This document shows, piece after piece, positions 1 through 11,017 of a DNA stretch of 32,724 nucleotides. This stretch comes from Folioceros fuciformis (lineage: Eukaryota): positions 1 through 32,724 of the forward strand of contig JBNGIO010006038.1 of NCBI GenBank assembly GCA_049999805.1, in the 5' to 3' direction. How positions within the stretch are numbered: position 1 is the stretch's first letter; each line of letters opens with the position of its first letter. Both the position numbers and the translations under genes were made by a program. The notes under the pieces were generated by a model. That model was given only the letters and a program-made list of their open reading frames with translations, had not been told where the DNA came from and did no database searches.

Positions 1-934
1 TTCCCGCTCTGTTTTCTTCTCACTGAATGTCATGATCTTTCCAAGCATTTAGTCGTAAACTTTTGGAGCACATAAGATTTTAGTGAGAATAAAACGATAT
101 ATGTTCAAATAGTCCATAGGAAAAAATTTAAAACAAGTGGCTCCTTATGTTTTTTCCTGGTAGGGATTTTTTGAAATATTTTACAAGAAGGCACTAACAG
201 ACAAGACTTTTTTTTTCTCTCGAACCTACAGCATACAACACTATATTTCTTCCCTCACACTATCTCGTTAAGGTTTTCAAGGTTCCAGGGCATCATACTC
301 AAGTCAACATGCTCTTTGTCTCCTCCTTCACCCGAACCAAGCTCACATTTTATAGGATGGAATGTTGTGATTGAGTTGTGGATGGTTGTTTCCTTACACC
401 AGAGCTTATGGTCACGTGAGCTTGGAAATGATTGAAATGTCCAGTGTGTATATGTGGTTATGTAATTGCATCCAAATCCCAAACAAAATCGGGTTCAATT
501 GATCAACTCTAAAGAGTTTGTGGGAGGTAAGTGCTGTGTAGGTAGCCCATGACACCCAAGAAGGGTGCAGTAATTACAGAGAACGTTGCAAGTGTAGAAT
601 GTGGGGATTGTAGAGCTGCAAAATCAATGGTGTGTGGCCAGTGGTTAGAATAACAATGACATTGTAGTGAAGTTTGGGTCTTACAACATGGAATGTGAGC
701 TGAGAATGTAGGCAACTACATGAGCTTCTTGTAGACTTAGGAGGAAAGCTAGTACAATTGTCTATGCATTGTGGTGTGGGTTACAACCATTGCACATACC
801 CATGGCCTTGTCTTGTCTGATCACCAAGAATGAAATAGAGGAGCTTGATTGGAGACAGCTGCATAGCCGTTTTGGTAGATTCAATATACATAGAGGAACT
901 CGTGGAATCGCGATGAGCATTGAACTAAGCATAT

Positions 935-1000
935 GTGTTATGTAAGGCAATGCAGCCTCTATTATTAGTGTTATGTAAGGCAATGCAGCCTTTATTATTA
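935..1000. repeat. 33-bp tandem duplication
   Basis: gtgttatgtaaggcaatgcagcct(c/t)tattatta occurs at 935 and 968 with 1 mismatch. Confidence 0.9.
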
Positions 1001-1122
1001 GCACAAGCAACCCTGTGTACCTATTCCTAAAATATGGCCCCAAGTCTAAGATTGAAGAGAATTACACATCCTTCCTTCCTGCAAGCTAAGTGTGTGCCCT
1101 TGCTTCCAACCTGACCCTAAAT

Positions 1123-1503
1123 CCTTCGAGAAGGGTGAGGAATTTCAAACCAAGTCGTGAAGGCCTCTCATGCCCTATTCCTTCGAGAAGGGTGAGGAAT
1201 TTCAAACCAAGTCCTGAAGGCCTCTCATGCCCTATTCCTTCGAGAAGGGNNNNNNNNNNNNNNNNNNNNNNNNNNNNNNNNNNNNNNNNNNNNNNNNNNN
1301 NNNNNNNNNNNNNNNNNNNNNNNNNNNNNNNNNNNNNNNNNNNNNNNNNCAAACCAAGTCCTGAAGGCCTCTCATGCCCTATTCCTTCGAGAAGGGTGAG
1401 GAATTACAAACCAAGTCCTGAAGGCCTCTCATGCCCTATTCCTTCGNNNNNNNNNNGGAATTACAAACCAAGTCCTGAAGGCCTCTCATGCCCTATTCCT
1501 TCG
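1123..1503. repeat. 57-bp minisatellite array, interrupted by N gaps (true copy number unknown)
   Basis: Unit ccttcgagaagggtgaggaatt(t/a)caaaccaagtc(c/g)tgaaggcctctcatgccctatt starts at 1123, 1180 and 1237, then resumes after the gap (1350-1503). Copies are near-identical. Confidence 0.95.
1250..1349. other. Assembly gap (100 N)
   Basis: Run of N inside the 57-bp array. Confidence 0.99.
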
Positions 1504-1688
1504 CTGCGCTTATGGTATTATTGTGCAAGATAGGTATAGAGGGCGCACCCTAAACCCTAAACCATCCATCCTTGCATGGATGGAAAAAACACCTGGGCAC
1601 AAGATGTAGGCGTGGCCCTCCACATGCTTAGAAGAAGGGCGGTCTGAAATTCAAGGCACGTAGAAAAAGTACAGGACGAAGCTCGTGC

Positions 1689-3228
1689 ATGAAGAAGAAA
1701 GAAAAGTACGGAGATATCGTGGAATATTTGCATAAAATATACGGTTGGAAAAAGTCCGTATCGGTATTCAATAAAATCTTCGTGGGCCTCGCCGACTTTC
1801 TCTCAATTGGCCGGAATGAGTGGACTCTAACAGAGCAACTGCAGGTGACGCAAGTGTGGCATAGGCGTGAAGGTAAGGAAGGAGCTGGGAAAAATGTTCG
1901 ACACCGAATTCCATCCGAATTCGGGCGAGGTGGTCGGGAATGATCTGTTGAATGAAACGATGAACGCAACCGACCGCGATTCTCCCAGCGACAAGCTTGT
2001 CATGGACGAAGGGCAGCTGAGGGACAGTCTGCTCGTCATGATCGGTGCTGGCTTCGAGACCACCGGCAACTCACTCGCCTGGCTTGCCAAGCTGCTGGAT
2101 TGATGAGAATCCCAGCGTCAAGGACAACTTGAAGCTGCTGGTGAGCGTGGCCCAGGCCTTTCTAGAGCAGACGTCCTTAGGAAACACGATTTGATTGGAG
2201 CATCTTGGATCGAACTTCGAAGCCAAGGTGGAGCCACCTTTCTGTTGGCGGAGCATTGGGCAGTGATAAGTAACAAACCTGGTAGCTGGAGCGGCTTTCA
2301 CATGAGCGGATCTCGGCAAACCGATGGCCTACACGTCAAAGGTGAGATTCCCAACATTCTCCAACCCAGTGCCACACATTTACAGTACTGTATATGAAGT
2401 GCTGAGATCTGGTGTTCTGAGGTCCATCTGTCTGGTGACGACCTCGTCTGCGCGTTCAAGTAAGATAAGCGAGGCACAACAAGTGTCCTGAATAGTTTTC
2501 TGGTGGAATATCCAAGTCAATGAGGACTTCATATTCCACGGTATGAACGCTCAGATTTCTTCCCAGATACTATACAATAGTAGTGCTTGCAGTTATTTTG
2601 GGCACCTCAATGATTTTCCTGAAGCTTTCTCAGCACCTTACGTGCCACCAGCAGGATACCAGATTGCTAAAGGCTGGAGCCTTGTGCCAGACAGTCATAA
2701 CCTGCACCATAGTCCACAAATCTTCCAAGACCCGGACACGTTTAATCCCTCTTGCTTCCATGTAAGCGCCTGATGCTTGCCTTGCAGATCAACTCTGAAC
2801 TAAACCATTGCAGTCGGACGTGAACTTTGAATCATAGATGACGAACAACATGTTGAGAGTCATCTTCTGAGCCACTGTGCGTTCCGTGGCTACGAACAGG
2901 AACAACCCAAGCCTGTCACCCTGCTTACATTTGGAGGTGGATTGTGCCTTGGGAAGGAACTGGCACTGATGGACATGACAGCGATGTTGCATCACTTTAT
3001 GCTCAAATTCAGGTGCCTCTAGGACCCCATCCGTCCCCATTGAATTGTCAGTGTTACACCTGTAATCCCCTTCCCCACGTATGTGCTGCTTTGGCTAACC
3101 GAAGGATGCAAACCTGGAATGGAAACAGGTGGACAGGAGATAAGCCAGACTCTGGCGTACTCGTTTCGGGTCTGCCAAGTCCTGAAAACGGTGGCCTTGT
3201 AAGGATCGAGGCTGTCCAAGACTACTAG
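1689..3228 (+). pseudogene. Cytochrome P450 pseudogene, CYP85-clan-like exon structure
   Basis: I-helix LLVMIGAGFETTGNSLAW lies at ~2030-2085. A TGAT insertion at 2101-2104 causes a stop and frameshift before ENPSVKDNLK (donor 2141). The next exon reads EH...FT*ADLGKPMAYTSK with TGA at 2303-2305 (donor 2342). ExxR is EVLR at 2396-2407. Exon 2655-2761 reads GYQIAKGWSL...FQDPDTFNPSCF. Exon 2900-3012 has the heme motif FGGGLCLG, lacking 2 residues of FxxGxRxCxG. The last exon 3129-3228 reads WTGDKPDSG...PSPENGGLVRIEAVQDY*. The 5' limit (KYGDI, ~1700) is uncertain. Confidence 0.88.
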
Positions 3229-3890
3229 TCTGCCAGCCAACCCATGAGAAGTCTGAATATAGCGTGTGTTGTCGATGTCGTGTGTAAATCGTTTCTGTCG
3301 GCAGCCGACACCCTTCTATATGCATCTCTCGATCCGGGGTAGCCTAAGTAATACTTCAGCTGCCTGTGGATTGCACATGTCTCCTTGCGATGCCTCCTTG
3401 CTTCAAGTGTAGATTCCCTACCGTCTTTTGAATGAAGGCTCTCCGATATCGTTTTTCACAACCATCCTCGTGAATTATCACCATCGGGCTTTAGTGTGTT
3501 AATCTCATGATCGGGGCATCGGGCTTCTCGTGCCAGAGGTAAATGCAGGCGTCGTAGCAACGGGTGTTGTTTGCCACCATGCACTCTTTAAGCTTAGTCA
3601 CATTGATCGTCCTTCGTAAACGTCTGAACCTTGTAGGCTCGCCTCGTACAACAACATTTGTTGTCAATCATTACTAGTATCGAGAAAGGGCTGCTAGTGG
3701 GGGATCTCAAGTGCACCCTGTCCTCAACACCGCCCATCTTCACCCTGCTCCTGCCTTGAGCCCAGCTCGGATCTGGTGCTCCTTGAGGTGATAGACGGAG
3801 AACATACATGAATCCTTTCATGGAAGGTGTTGACGACGAAGGGAGAGAAATGGAAGGGACACGAACATGATTTACCCTGTACAACATGGA

Positions 3891-4629
3891 CTACCCTGTT
3901 GCCCTTTCTCCTGCTTGTTTGGCTGCTTCTAGACATTCTTTGGCCCGCTGCACCTTTGACTGAATATAAAAGCTTCCAGACACAGCGTTCCTTTCGAATA
4001 GATGTTCGTACCTCTGCATTCAAAAGAACCAGCCACCAATAATCAAACCAGAACTCTTCCAAACAAATCCAACACCTTCGCACCACCAACAGCACGAAAC
4101 AGAAAATGCTCTACCGAGCTCACCTTGAGGACTTCCTCCCATGTTGCCTTTTCATCGACTCCAAGGATAAGCCTTGCCTCGGCTTCCGTCATAGTTTTGG
4201 AGACCTGGTGAGCCATATTCTGCACGGTTTCTTGAGCTACTCCAGTTTTCCCTGCATCTGAAAGGCCAACCGAATTCCTCAGAATTCAGAGCCCAGCGTA
4301 ATCCACAGATGCAGCATGCCCCGTACGAAACCCTACCCCCAGCGGAGGTCTAGGAAGCGCATTCATTCACTGGGTGACGACGATCAAAGGATACTTACTG
4401 ACGATGGCTTGCCTATAAGCCTGCGAGACCGCCCTGAGCAGAACCCCAGAGGCGATGACTATCAAGTTTGCAATGATCTTCGCAGCCTGCCACAGTGACA
4501 TGCCAATACTGCGAAATTCAACACCTCTCTCTCCCCCGCGTGCACGTATGGAATCCCACAATTCATCCTTCAGCACCAACCATAGCAAGAAGAAACACGC
4601 AGCACAAGGATCAGCAGGGCACGCACCAT
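3891..4629 (-). CDS. PAM16: Mitochondrial import motor J-like subunit PAM16 (Tim16), 115 aa, 4 exons
   Basis: Exons 4629-4627 (ATG|gtgcgt), 4486-4399, 4257-4124 and 4013-3891, all GT-AG, total 348 nt. Protein: MAAKIIANLIVIASGVLLRAVSQAYRQAIVNAGKTGVAQE...MTEAEARLILGV...RYEHLFERNAVSGSFYIQSKVQRAKECLE. These are the canonical PAM16 motifs. Confidence 0.95.
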
Positions 4630-4776
4630 CCTGAAGGACGCATCACAGCAGCAGCTTCAACATCAATGGTCCAACGGCGTGATGAAATCCCCGAGCGCGC
4701 AAGGAAGACTCGATGGCTACTGAGCTAGGGCTTCGGCGCGAATGACCAGTGGACTTGATGCTTACTGTCGACTGAG

Positions 4777-4782
4777 GGCCCA
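4777..4782 (-). promoter_or_regulatory. Possible site II element (TGGGCC) upstream of PAM16
   Basis: TGGGCC lies on the minus strand ~150 bp upstream of the ATG. Site II elements are common in promoters of nuclear genes for mitochondrial proteins, but a 6-mer can occur by chance. Confidence 0.3.
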
Positions 4783-4888
4783 AATTCTAGCACTTTATTC
4801 TCAAAAAATTTCCTCGTGCGTAGGTCACCATCAGCAACCTTTTTGTCCACAACTTGTCCTGGTTGTACGCGACATCCCAAGAGCGTCT

Positions 4889-4959
4889 GTTGCCCCCAGC
4901 TTGACAAAGGCTGCCCACGGCTTGATAAAGGCTGCCCACAGCTTGACAAAGGTTGCCCC
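4889..4959. repeat. 21-bp tandem repeat (~3.4 copies) upstream of PAM16
   Basis: Consensus gctgcccacagcttgacaaag at 4889, 4910 and 4931, with a partial copy at 4952. Confidence 0.85.
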
Positions 4960-6839
4960 GCCATGAGATTAACACCTTAACTGCATGGCTAAGCATTCTA
5001 TGGCTGAACTGTCTATCCACTCTTTACTCCATGCCTACACCTTCATCAAAGTCATAAACTGTTAACTAGATATTTGAATACTATCACATTCAACAAATCT
5101 AGAAACTGTCACATACCCAATGAACTAAGAGGATGGACTTGACACATCTTTGAAACTTGAGCAAACATACTTTGAAAGGTGGCAGGATCTAAGAGATGAA
5201 GGAGGGTAGAGGAGCTAAAGGAATTTGGGTGGAAGCCCACAGAGGAGTTGTAACTAATTCATAGTGAATACAAATATGGTGGTACTCTTGGAGACTTCAA
5301 GTATGGACAAACGCCATGCAAGTAAGCTTATGATACACAAGAACCTCCCACAAATAGGAGGATTTGGAGGAGGCCAATGAATGAGGGGACAAGGTGACCC
5401 AAGCAAGGAATCTGGCTAGTTGGCTTTTGAGTCTCCATGTCAAGGGATCGAGATGTCCTTGTCTTGCATAGACAGAATTGCAAGGCTATGTTGCATAGCA
5501 GAACAAGCAATAGAAAGAATTGCTTCTGGACAAGGTCTCCCTCACAGTGTGGATAGCTTTGGTGTAGATTGGTGCGTATTGAAGAAGAAACTTGGGTCGT
5601 GAACTGCAATGGACTTGATTGAGACTACAAAATCTTTCCGTATTAGACAGGTAACATGAAGGGACTTAAAGGTGTGCACGAATAAAGCATCTATCTACCT
5701 CTTCCCTGTGCCTTCCTCGTCATGGTGTGCAATAGACGAGAGAAAAGAGAAAAAGAAAGCAAAAAGTAAAAGAAAAAAAAAGGGACGAGGAGCGGTTGCT
5801 AACCGTGGAGTAGGGCACGCTTAGAGAGGCGAAAGCAATTAAAAACGGTTTAGGGAGTTGTCCACAGCACAGTGATATTTGAGGAGGCGGAGAGGTTGGC
5901 GACAGAGTCGTGAGAGGTGAGGAAGTAACCGTAGCGGCTTGGGCTTGGCTTGGCGAGGAAGCGTGAAGCCTGAGAGTCGTTGCGGAAGAGGCTCGCGATC
6001 CCGTGCAGGGCTGGAAGCGGTGGGGCAAGGAGGTGGATCGCCTAACCCTGCTCTGCCGACACGGAAAGTTAGGGAAAGAAAATTGGAGGCTGATTGGATT
6101 ACGTGGTGCGTGAATTTCTGGTGCCCCCGCTGGTGTGGTGTGCGCTCAGGACAGACGGCTGCTCTCCGGCTCCTCTTCACTCGCCAGCGACGAGCAGCGA
6201 ATTCCGTGCGGTGAGGCAGCGAACTGAAGGCAAGGGAAGCGAAGTGAAGGGAAGGAAGCGAAGCAACGAAGGCAAGGCGAGGCAAGGCAAGCAGCGAAGT
6301 GCAGGCAGGGTCTGCACCTGCTTGTGGCCAGGAGCAGAGTAGAGTCGGGAGCCGAGTCGTGACTTGGCCACGCCTGTGTTCAGGTCGGGCCAATTCGAGA
6401 GCATCGTCTTCGTGATCGGGCGCGCATCACACCGGGGGGAGTGGGAAACCTGCTGCTGTCTTCCTCTCTTAGGGTTGAAGAGGACGCAGATCGGGGCCAG
6501 GATGTATGCTCAGGTTATTGCCGAGGAAATTCCCCGAGGTGTTTCTGTGTTGTCTATAAATGTCTGACCAGTTGCCGGACCTTGTGTTTTTGTGGAGTTT
6601 GGCTTGGCTGTACTTTGTGGATTGAGGGTTTCTGCGGTCGCGGATTGGATTTTCGCTTGCTTGCCGCGGGACGTGGTGTTTATTAGCAGGCTTGTTCGCG
6701 ACAGCATATCGCTCTGATGTCGCGGTTACACATGATGCTGCAGAGTGAACTGCAGCAGGACTTTTTCCTGAAAGATCAAGCCAAGAGCCTGTTAGGCCAT
6801 CCGTATGAGGGTGGCACGGTGGAGGAGAATGGACATAAC

Positions 6840-8327
6840 ATGACGGACTTCGGGGCGGCTTGGCGGTACCAAGCCGATGCTCGCCGGACCGCACCACCCG
6901 CTCAACTCCCGGCTGCTAAGCGGACGCGCAGAGATTTCGGTGCGTGTTTGTCCTCGCTTTCGTTCGCTCTCTTGGGCCGCTTCCCGCATGGGCAGCGCGT
7001 CACCCTTCTCATCCTGTTTGCTCCCGTCGCTACAGAGGATGTTCAACAAGCTCGGAACGCATATGGTACGCCTCGAACTGCTGCTGGTGGCAATGGTGTA
7101 GGTCGAGATGTAGGTGCTTACAGTGCTAGGGACAGAGCAGCCGCAGGTTATGATGATCGCACCGCGAGGGGTTGGAGAGAGGGCGAGGGTCTGCAAGCCA
7201 CGGACCTGGTGAGCGTGTCTGCATGAGTCAGTCATTACGTGGGGGATTTGTTGGATCACCAGTGACCCCCCACTCCCCTCCGCCCGATTGCCTTGCTTCG
7301 TAACATTAGTAGCTCCCGCGTTTCTTATCCAGCTGCATATCTTGGTTCTGGCAGTTGGGCTACGGCGCTGGCACCTTGTCCGCAAATGATCTAGCCATGG
7401 GCGGCGGCCCTGGCATGGGTCTCCAAGTGGGCGGAGGGGTCGCAATGGGTCTCAACATGGGTCTGGACGAAGCCACTCTAATGGGTCAAGCCAACCGTAT
7501 GGTTGGTCTTGATGTTGCTATGGGTGGGAGACCTACCAGTGTGGGGTTGAACGGAGTTTCACAGGAATCAGAGCTCATGCGTGCAAATTCTGAAGTTCTC
7601 CCCCCTGATGCCTCATCAACTCTTTTTGTGGATGGTCTTCCCTTGGACTGCTCCCGGCGTGAAGCTGCACGTACGACAGTTTTTTTTTTCCCTTCTTTTA
7701 TCTAATTTTCTTTCTCTGCTACTTTGTTACGTCGTGCGTATAATCCCTTATGTTCTCAATACTGGCGCAGACATCTTTCGGCCCTTCATCGGTTTCAAGG
7801 AAGTTCGCCTTGTTCACAAAGAAGCCAAGCGAGTTAGTTCGTTGCTCCCATCCCTCTAGCTTTTCGTTCCTACCTTTTCTGGGGTTAAATGTGCGTTGTC
7901 GTCAAGCAGTGCAGCATGATTTTTTTGAAAGTGTAGGGACTGTCTGCCACTTATTGCTTCTGTATTTCCTGTGGAGCATTTTATGTTACATTACGTTTTC
8001 ATGATTCAGGCGTTGGGCGAGAAAGTGGTACTCTGCTTTGTGGAGTTTGCAGATGCCAGATGTGCTGCGACTGCTCTGGAGGCACTGCAAGGTAAGTAAG
8101 GTGTCTGACTGTTGTGCCACGCCACTTCCGTACGAGGGCCCAATAAACCAGGGTCTGAAGCCATTGTTATCGTGTATGCAGGATATAAATTCGATGAGAC
8201 AGATCCTGATTCATATTCTCTTCGGTTGTCCTTCGCTCGCCATCCTGGCCCCCGAGGGCCACCTCCTCGTGATGACTACCGCCGTCGGGATGATGACTAT
8301 GGTCATCGTTCCAGAGGTCGCCGATAA
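6840..8327 (+). CDS. RRM RNA-binding protein of the nuclear speckle RNA-binding protein (NSR) family, 6 coding exons
   Basis: Exons 6840-6939, 7036-7208, 7355-7670, 7771-7832, 8010-8091 and 8182-8327 (GT-AG, frame-consistent). The N-terminus is MTDFGAAWRY...KRTRRDF. The C-terminal RRM is LPPDASSTLFVDGLPLDCSRREAAHIFRPFIGFKEVRLVHKE...LCFVEFADARCAATALEALQGYKFDE...LRLSFAR. In-frame upstream ATGs (6717, 6732) are alternative starts. Confidence 0.9.
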
Positions 8328-11017
8328 ATTGAGCCAGGTGTTCTACCTTCAGGTAAGAAACTATTCATGTATGCATGTTTGAGCTGCCTGAATGCGTCTG
8401 TGTTGGGCGCCTGCGAGAGGTCATGACTCATTCTCATAGTTTGCCTGTAGATGGTCGGTATACCACTCTAGTTCTCGCATGACCTCCCTGGGCGCCTAAT
8501 CCCACTTAGCGGGTAAAGCCAGAGATCGCCAAGCTTCCCCATACTGATCCAGGGCTGGAATGGATTCCCAGTTTCTGTCATGGCATGGGTGTCTCTTCCT
8601 AGTGTGATACCGGCTAGATTACTTGCAAACCTGGCAATCAGGCTTGCCCAAAGTACTCTTGATTCGTGACGACCCGGTAGTTCGTTTAGGGTATAATGAT
8701 GCAGTGATCATCTCCTCATTGTGATCTCGTTTGCTTTAGCCCTCTCGCTCCTATGTCTGAGGGATGCATTTTCGGCCATGTCTTAACAAGTAGTTATTTC
8801 GATAACTGCTGGTACTCCTCTGTGCTGAACGTGTCTGAACAGAAAATTCAGAACTCTAGGTCGGTTTGCTGGGTTACCAGCTACCCAGAGTAGTTATTGT
8901 AGATGGATATCTGGAGGTCAATATCATCTTTGCTCCCGTGATGCTGTCTTCTGATGATTAGTTGTTGACTCTAGAAAAGCCTCTTCGTTCGTCTGCTTTG
9001 CCCTCTGATCAGTGTAGCCTTTCGCTTCAGGTGTTGGCCACTTCGGCCTGCGGTAGATAACTTCGTGATTATTGGAACTATTTACGTGCAGCTAATCAGC
9101 CGTTTCTTATACCGAGCTGAAGGACACTGAGCGGATCGTTTTTGGCGTCTCTGAGTTTCGCGGATGATTCTTCAACGTACCTCTTTTCCGCTGCGAAGGT
9201 GTGATGTGATTCTTTGCGTAACGGCTTCGTGTGTATATCACTTGCGTGGAGAGGAGCGAGAGGAACATTGTAGTGTTTTACCTCCTTGGGCGTTTCATTA
9301 ATCTCCCTGCAGGCCATATGCTGGCCTCAGATGGGTTGTAGGCCATCGGGTCAGTGTTCTCGCAGCAGTCTCGCTTGTAGGGCTTTAGTTCTTCTCGCTT
9401 TTATACTTCATCTTGCCAGTTTTAGATTTGCATAGTAGAGAACACGAAGGTCAGGACATAGGATTGATATATTAGGATGGTGAATATGGCTGATGAATTT
9501 TGCTCAGTTTAATTCTCTTCTTCGATGTCCTAGCCTAGGGTCAGACCTATAAAATCGTTGTAAAGTGGAAGCAGGTCTTTTCGTCTCGCGCCTCTTCTCT
9601 TCTACCGCGCAAAGGGCTTTTAATGTATATTGTGTCAGGTGCCCGCACGTCGTTAAGAGTTGGACAGTGTGCTGATTTGCTTGGCTGTTGGCCATACCAT
9701 GTATTGTTTATTGCTAAAGGCTTCCTGTGAATGTTGGTTGTGAATGGGCCTATTCATGATTTGGCAGTGATTCTTTTTTCCTGCTTTTCTAGATCACCTT
9801 TCTGTGTCCGCGCTCTGTGGAGACAGGCTTACATTTGGATTCTTTTGCTACCAAGCTTTGTTGTGTATATACTACAGGTTGTAATGTGCAGAGTAGCTAC
9901 TTGGAGGCTACGTCTGGAGATTTGCATTTTTGTTTCAGCTCGTGTGTGATCCTTGAAATTTGTTATTTGTGCTAACATGTGCTTGGGCATCAGTTTGGGC
10001 TGCTCTGTTTAGAAACTCAGGCCTGTGGATCCTCCATAGAACCTGACACTTCTAAGTGGTGAATGTGGACGGCTATGTTCCCCAGGGTTCTAGGGTTGTA
10101 GTGTGTAATTTGGAGTGAGGTAACGGGCCAATGACTCTAACAGTAAACTTAGTACATGTGGTGAAAGAAGTGCGACTTGGTTTTTGTTTTCTTTGTGTCT
10201 TTGAAGATGCGGAGCAGTCCTGAAGCTCTGAGTTGTCCCAGATCTAATTATGCTGGCATCCGCCTCTTTCGCGGTTGATTATTTGTTGGACTGTGAGAGG
10301 ACATTGAATGACCCTGGAACATGTTGAATGATCTGAATGATCTGGGGACGGTGGAAATTGCGTCAGTTAGTTGTCTCGACCCTGGAGAACTGAGAAGTAT
10401 TTTCTCCTTCCGTGAGGACATGCATGGGATCTCAACTTTTGAAGCTTGTGTATTCACTCCAATGTTTCCATTCCCACAGCTTAATTCCCTGAAATGGAAG
10501 AGCAGGTCATTCGGAAGGCTTTGGCCACTGTTGTTTGCCGTGTAGTATGTGTAACTGATGTTGCCTCTTATGTGATGTATTTGAGATTAGAGAGTGTCTT
10601 CTGGTAGAGCAGTTTTCACTCTGGTTGAGCAGCTGGAAATTAGGAGTTGAATTCACTTGGACAAAAGTTTTCCCCAATCCCCATTGGGGAGCTGTGATAA
10701 TTTAATTCCTGTTCTCTGTTCCACTCTTTAATCCGCATTTGTTTCAGTTCCAGATCGCTGAGCGTCGAAGATACGGTGATTCACACTTGGAGTCCTTCCG
10801 GTCGCTCGCCCACGGTCACAGAAGAAAGTTCGTCAATAACAGAAGACAGCATCAGTCCTTACGACCCTTCTGTGGCTTCGGATGGTAGGACCAGGAGTAC
10901 ATTCGTTCCGATTTGTTTCGCAGAGAAAAATTAGTTCTCTGGAACACATGGGGCGACTACAGTCGCTCGTATCGCGTCGTGAAAGTTGGTCGGGAACGTG
11001 CATGCACGCAGTTGTAT

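Noticed and set aside
1090-1533. 147-aa repetitive ORF and CRISPR-like appearance of the 57-bp array
   Set aside because: Units are head-to-tail with no unique spacers. The ORF spans N gaps, has a GTG start and simply reflects a unit length divisible by 3.
5100-5700. Possible degenerate TE coding remnant (similar impression at 255-1080 and 15900-16350)
   Set aside because: I could not identify any motif in any frame, so there is not enough support to call a feature.
5839-6404. ORFs in the GC/purine-rich region between PAM16 and the NSR-like gene
   Set aside because: The translations are low-complexity, from promoter/5' UTR sequence (gaagc/gcaag repeats), with no recognisable domain.
6940-7035. 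Stop-free in-frame introns (96 nt here; 87 nt at 11128-11214) as exitron candidates
   Set aside because: Short introns are often 3n and stop-free by chance. Both have normal splice signals, and there is no evidence of retention.
8690-9130. Possible C/D box snoRNAs (TGATG...CTGA pairs) downstream of the NSR-like gene
   Set aside because: The boxes are imperfect and I recognised no convincing rRNA/snRNA antisense element. snoscan or Infernal would be needed.
8741-9263. 12-nt complementarity cctctcgctcct / aggagcgagagg
   Set aside because: A single 12-bp match in a ~2.5-kb region is plausible by chance.
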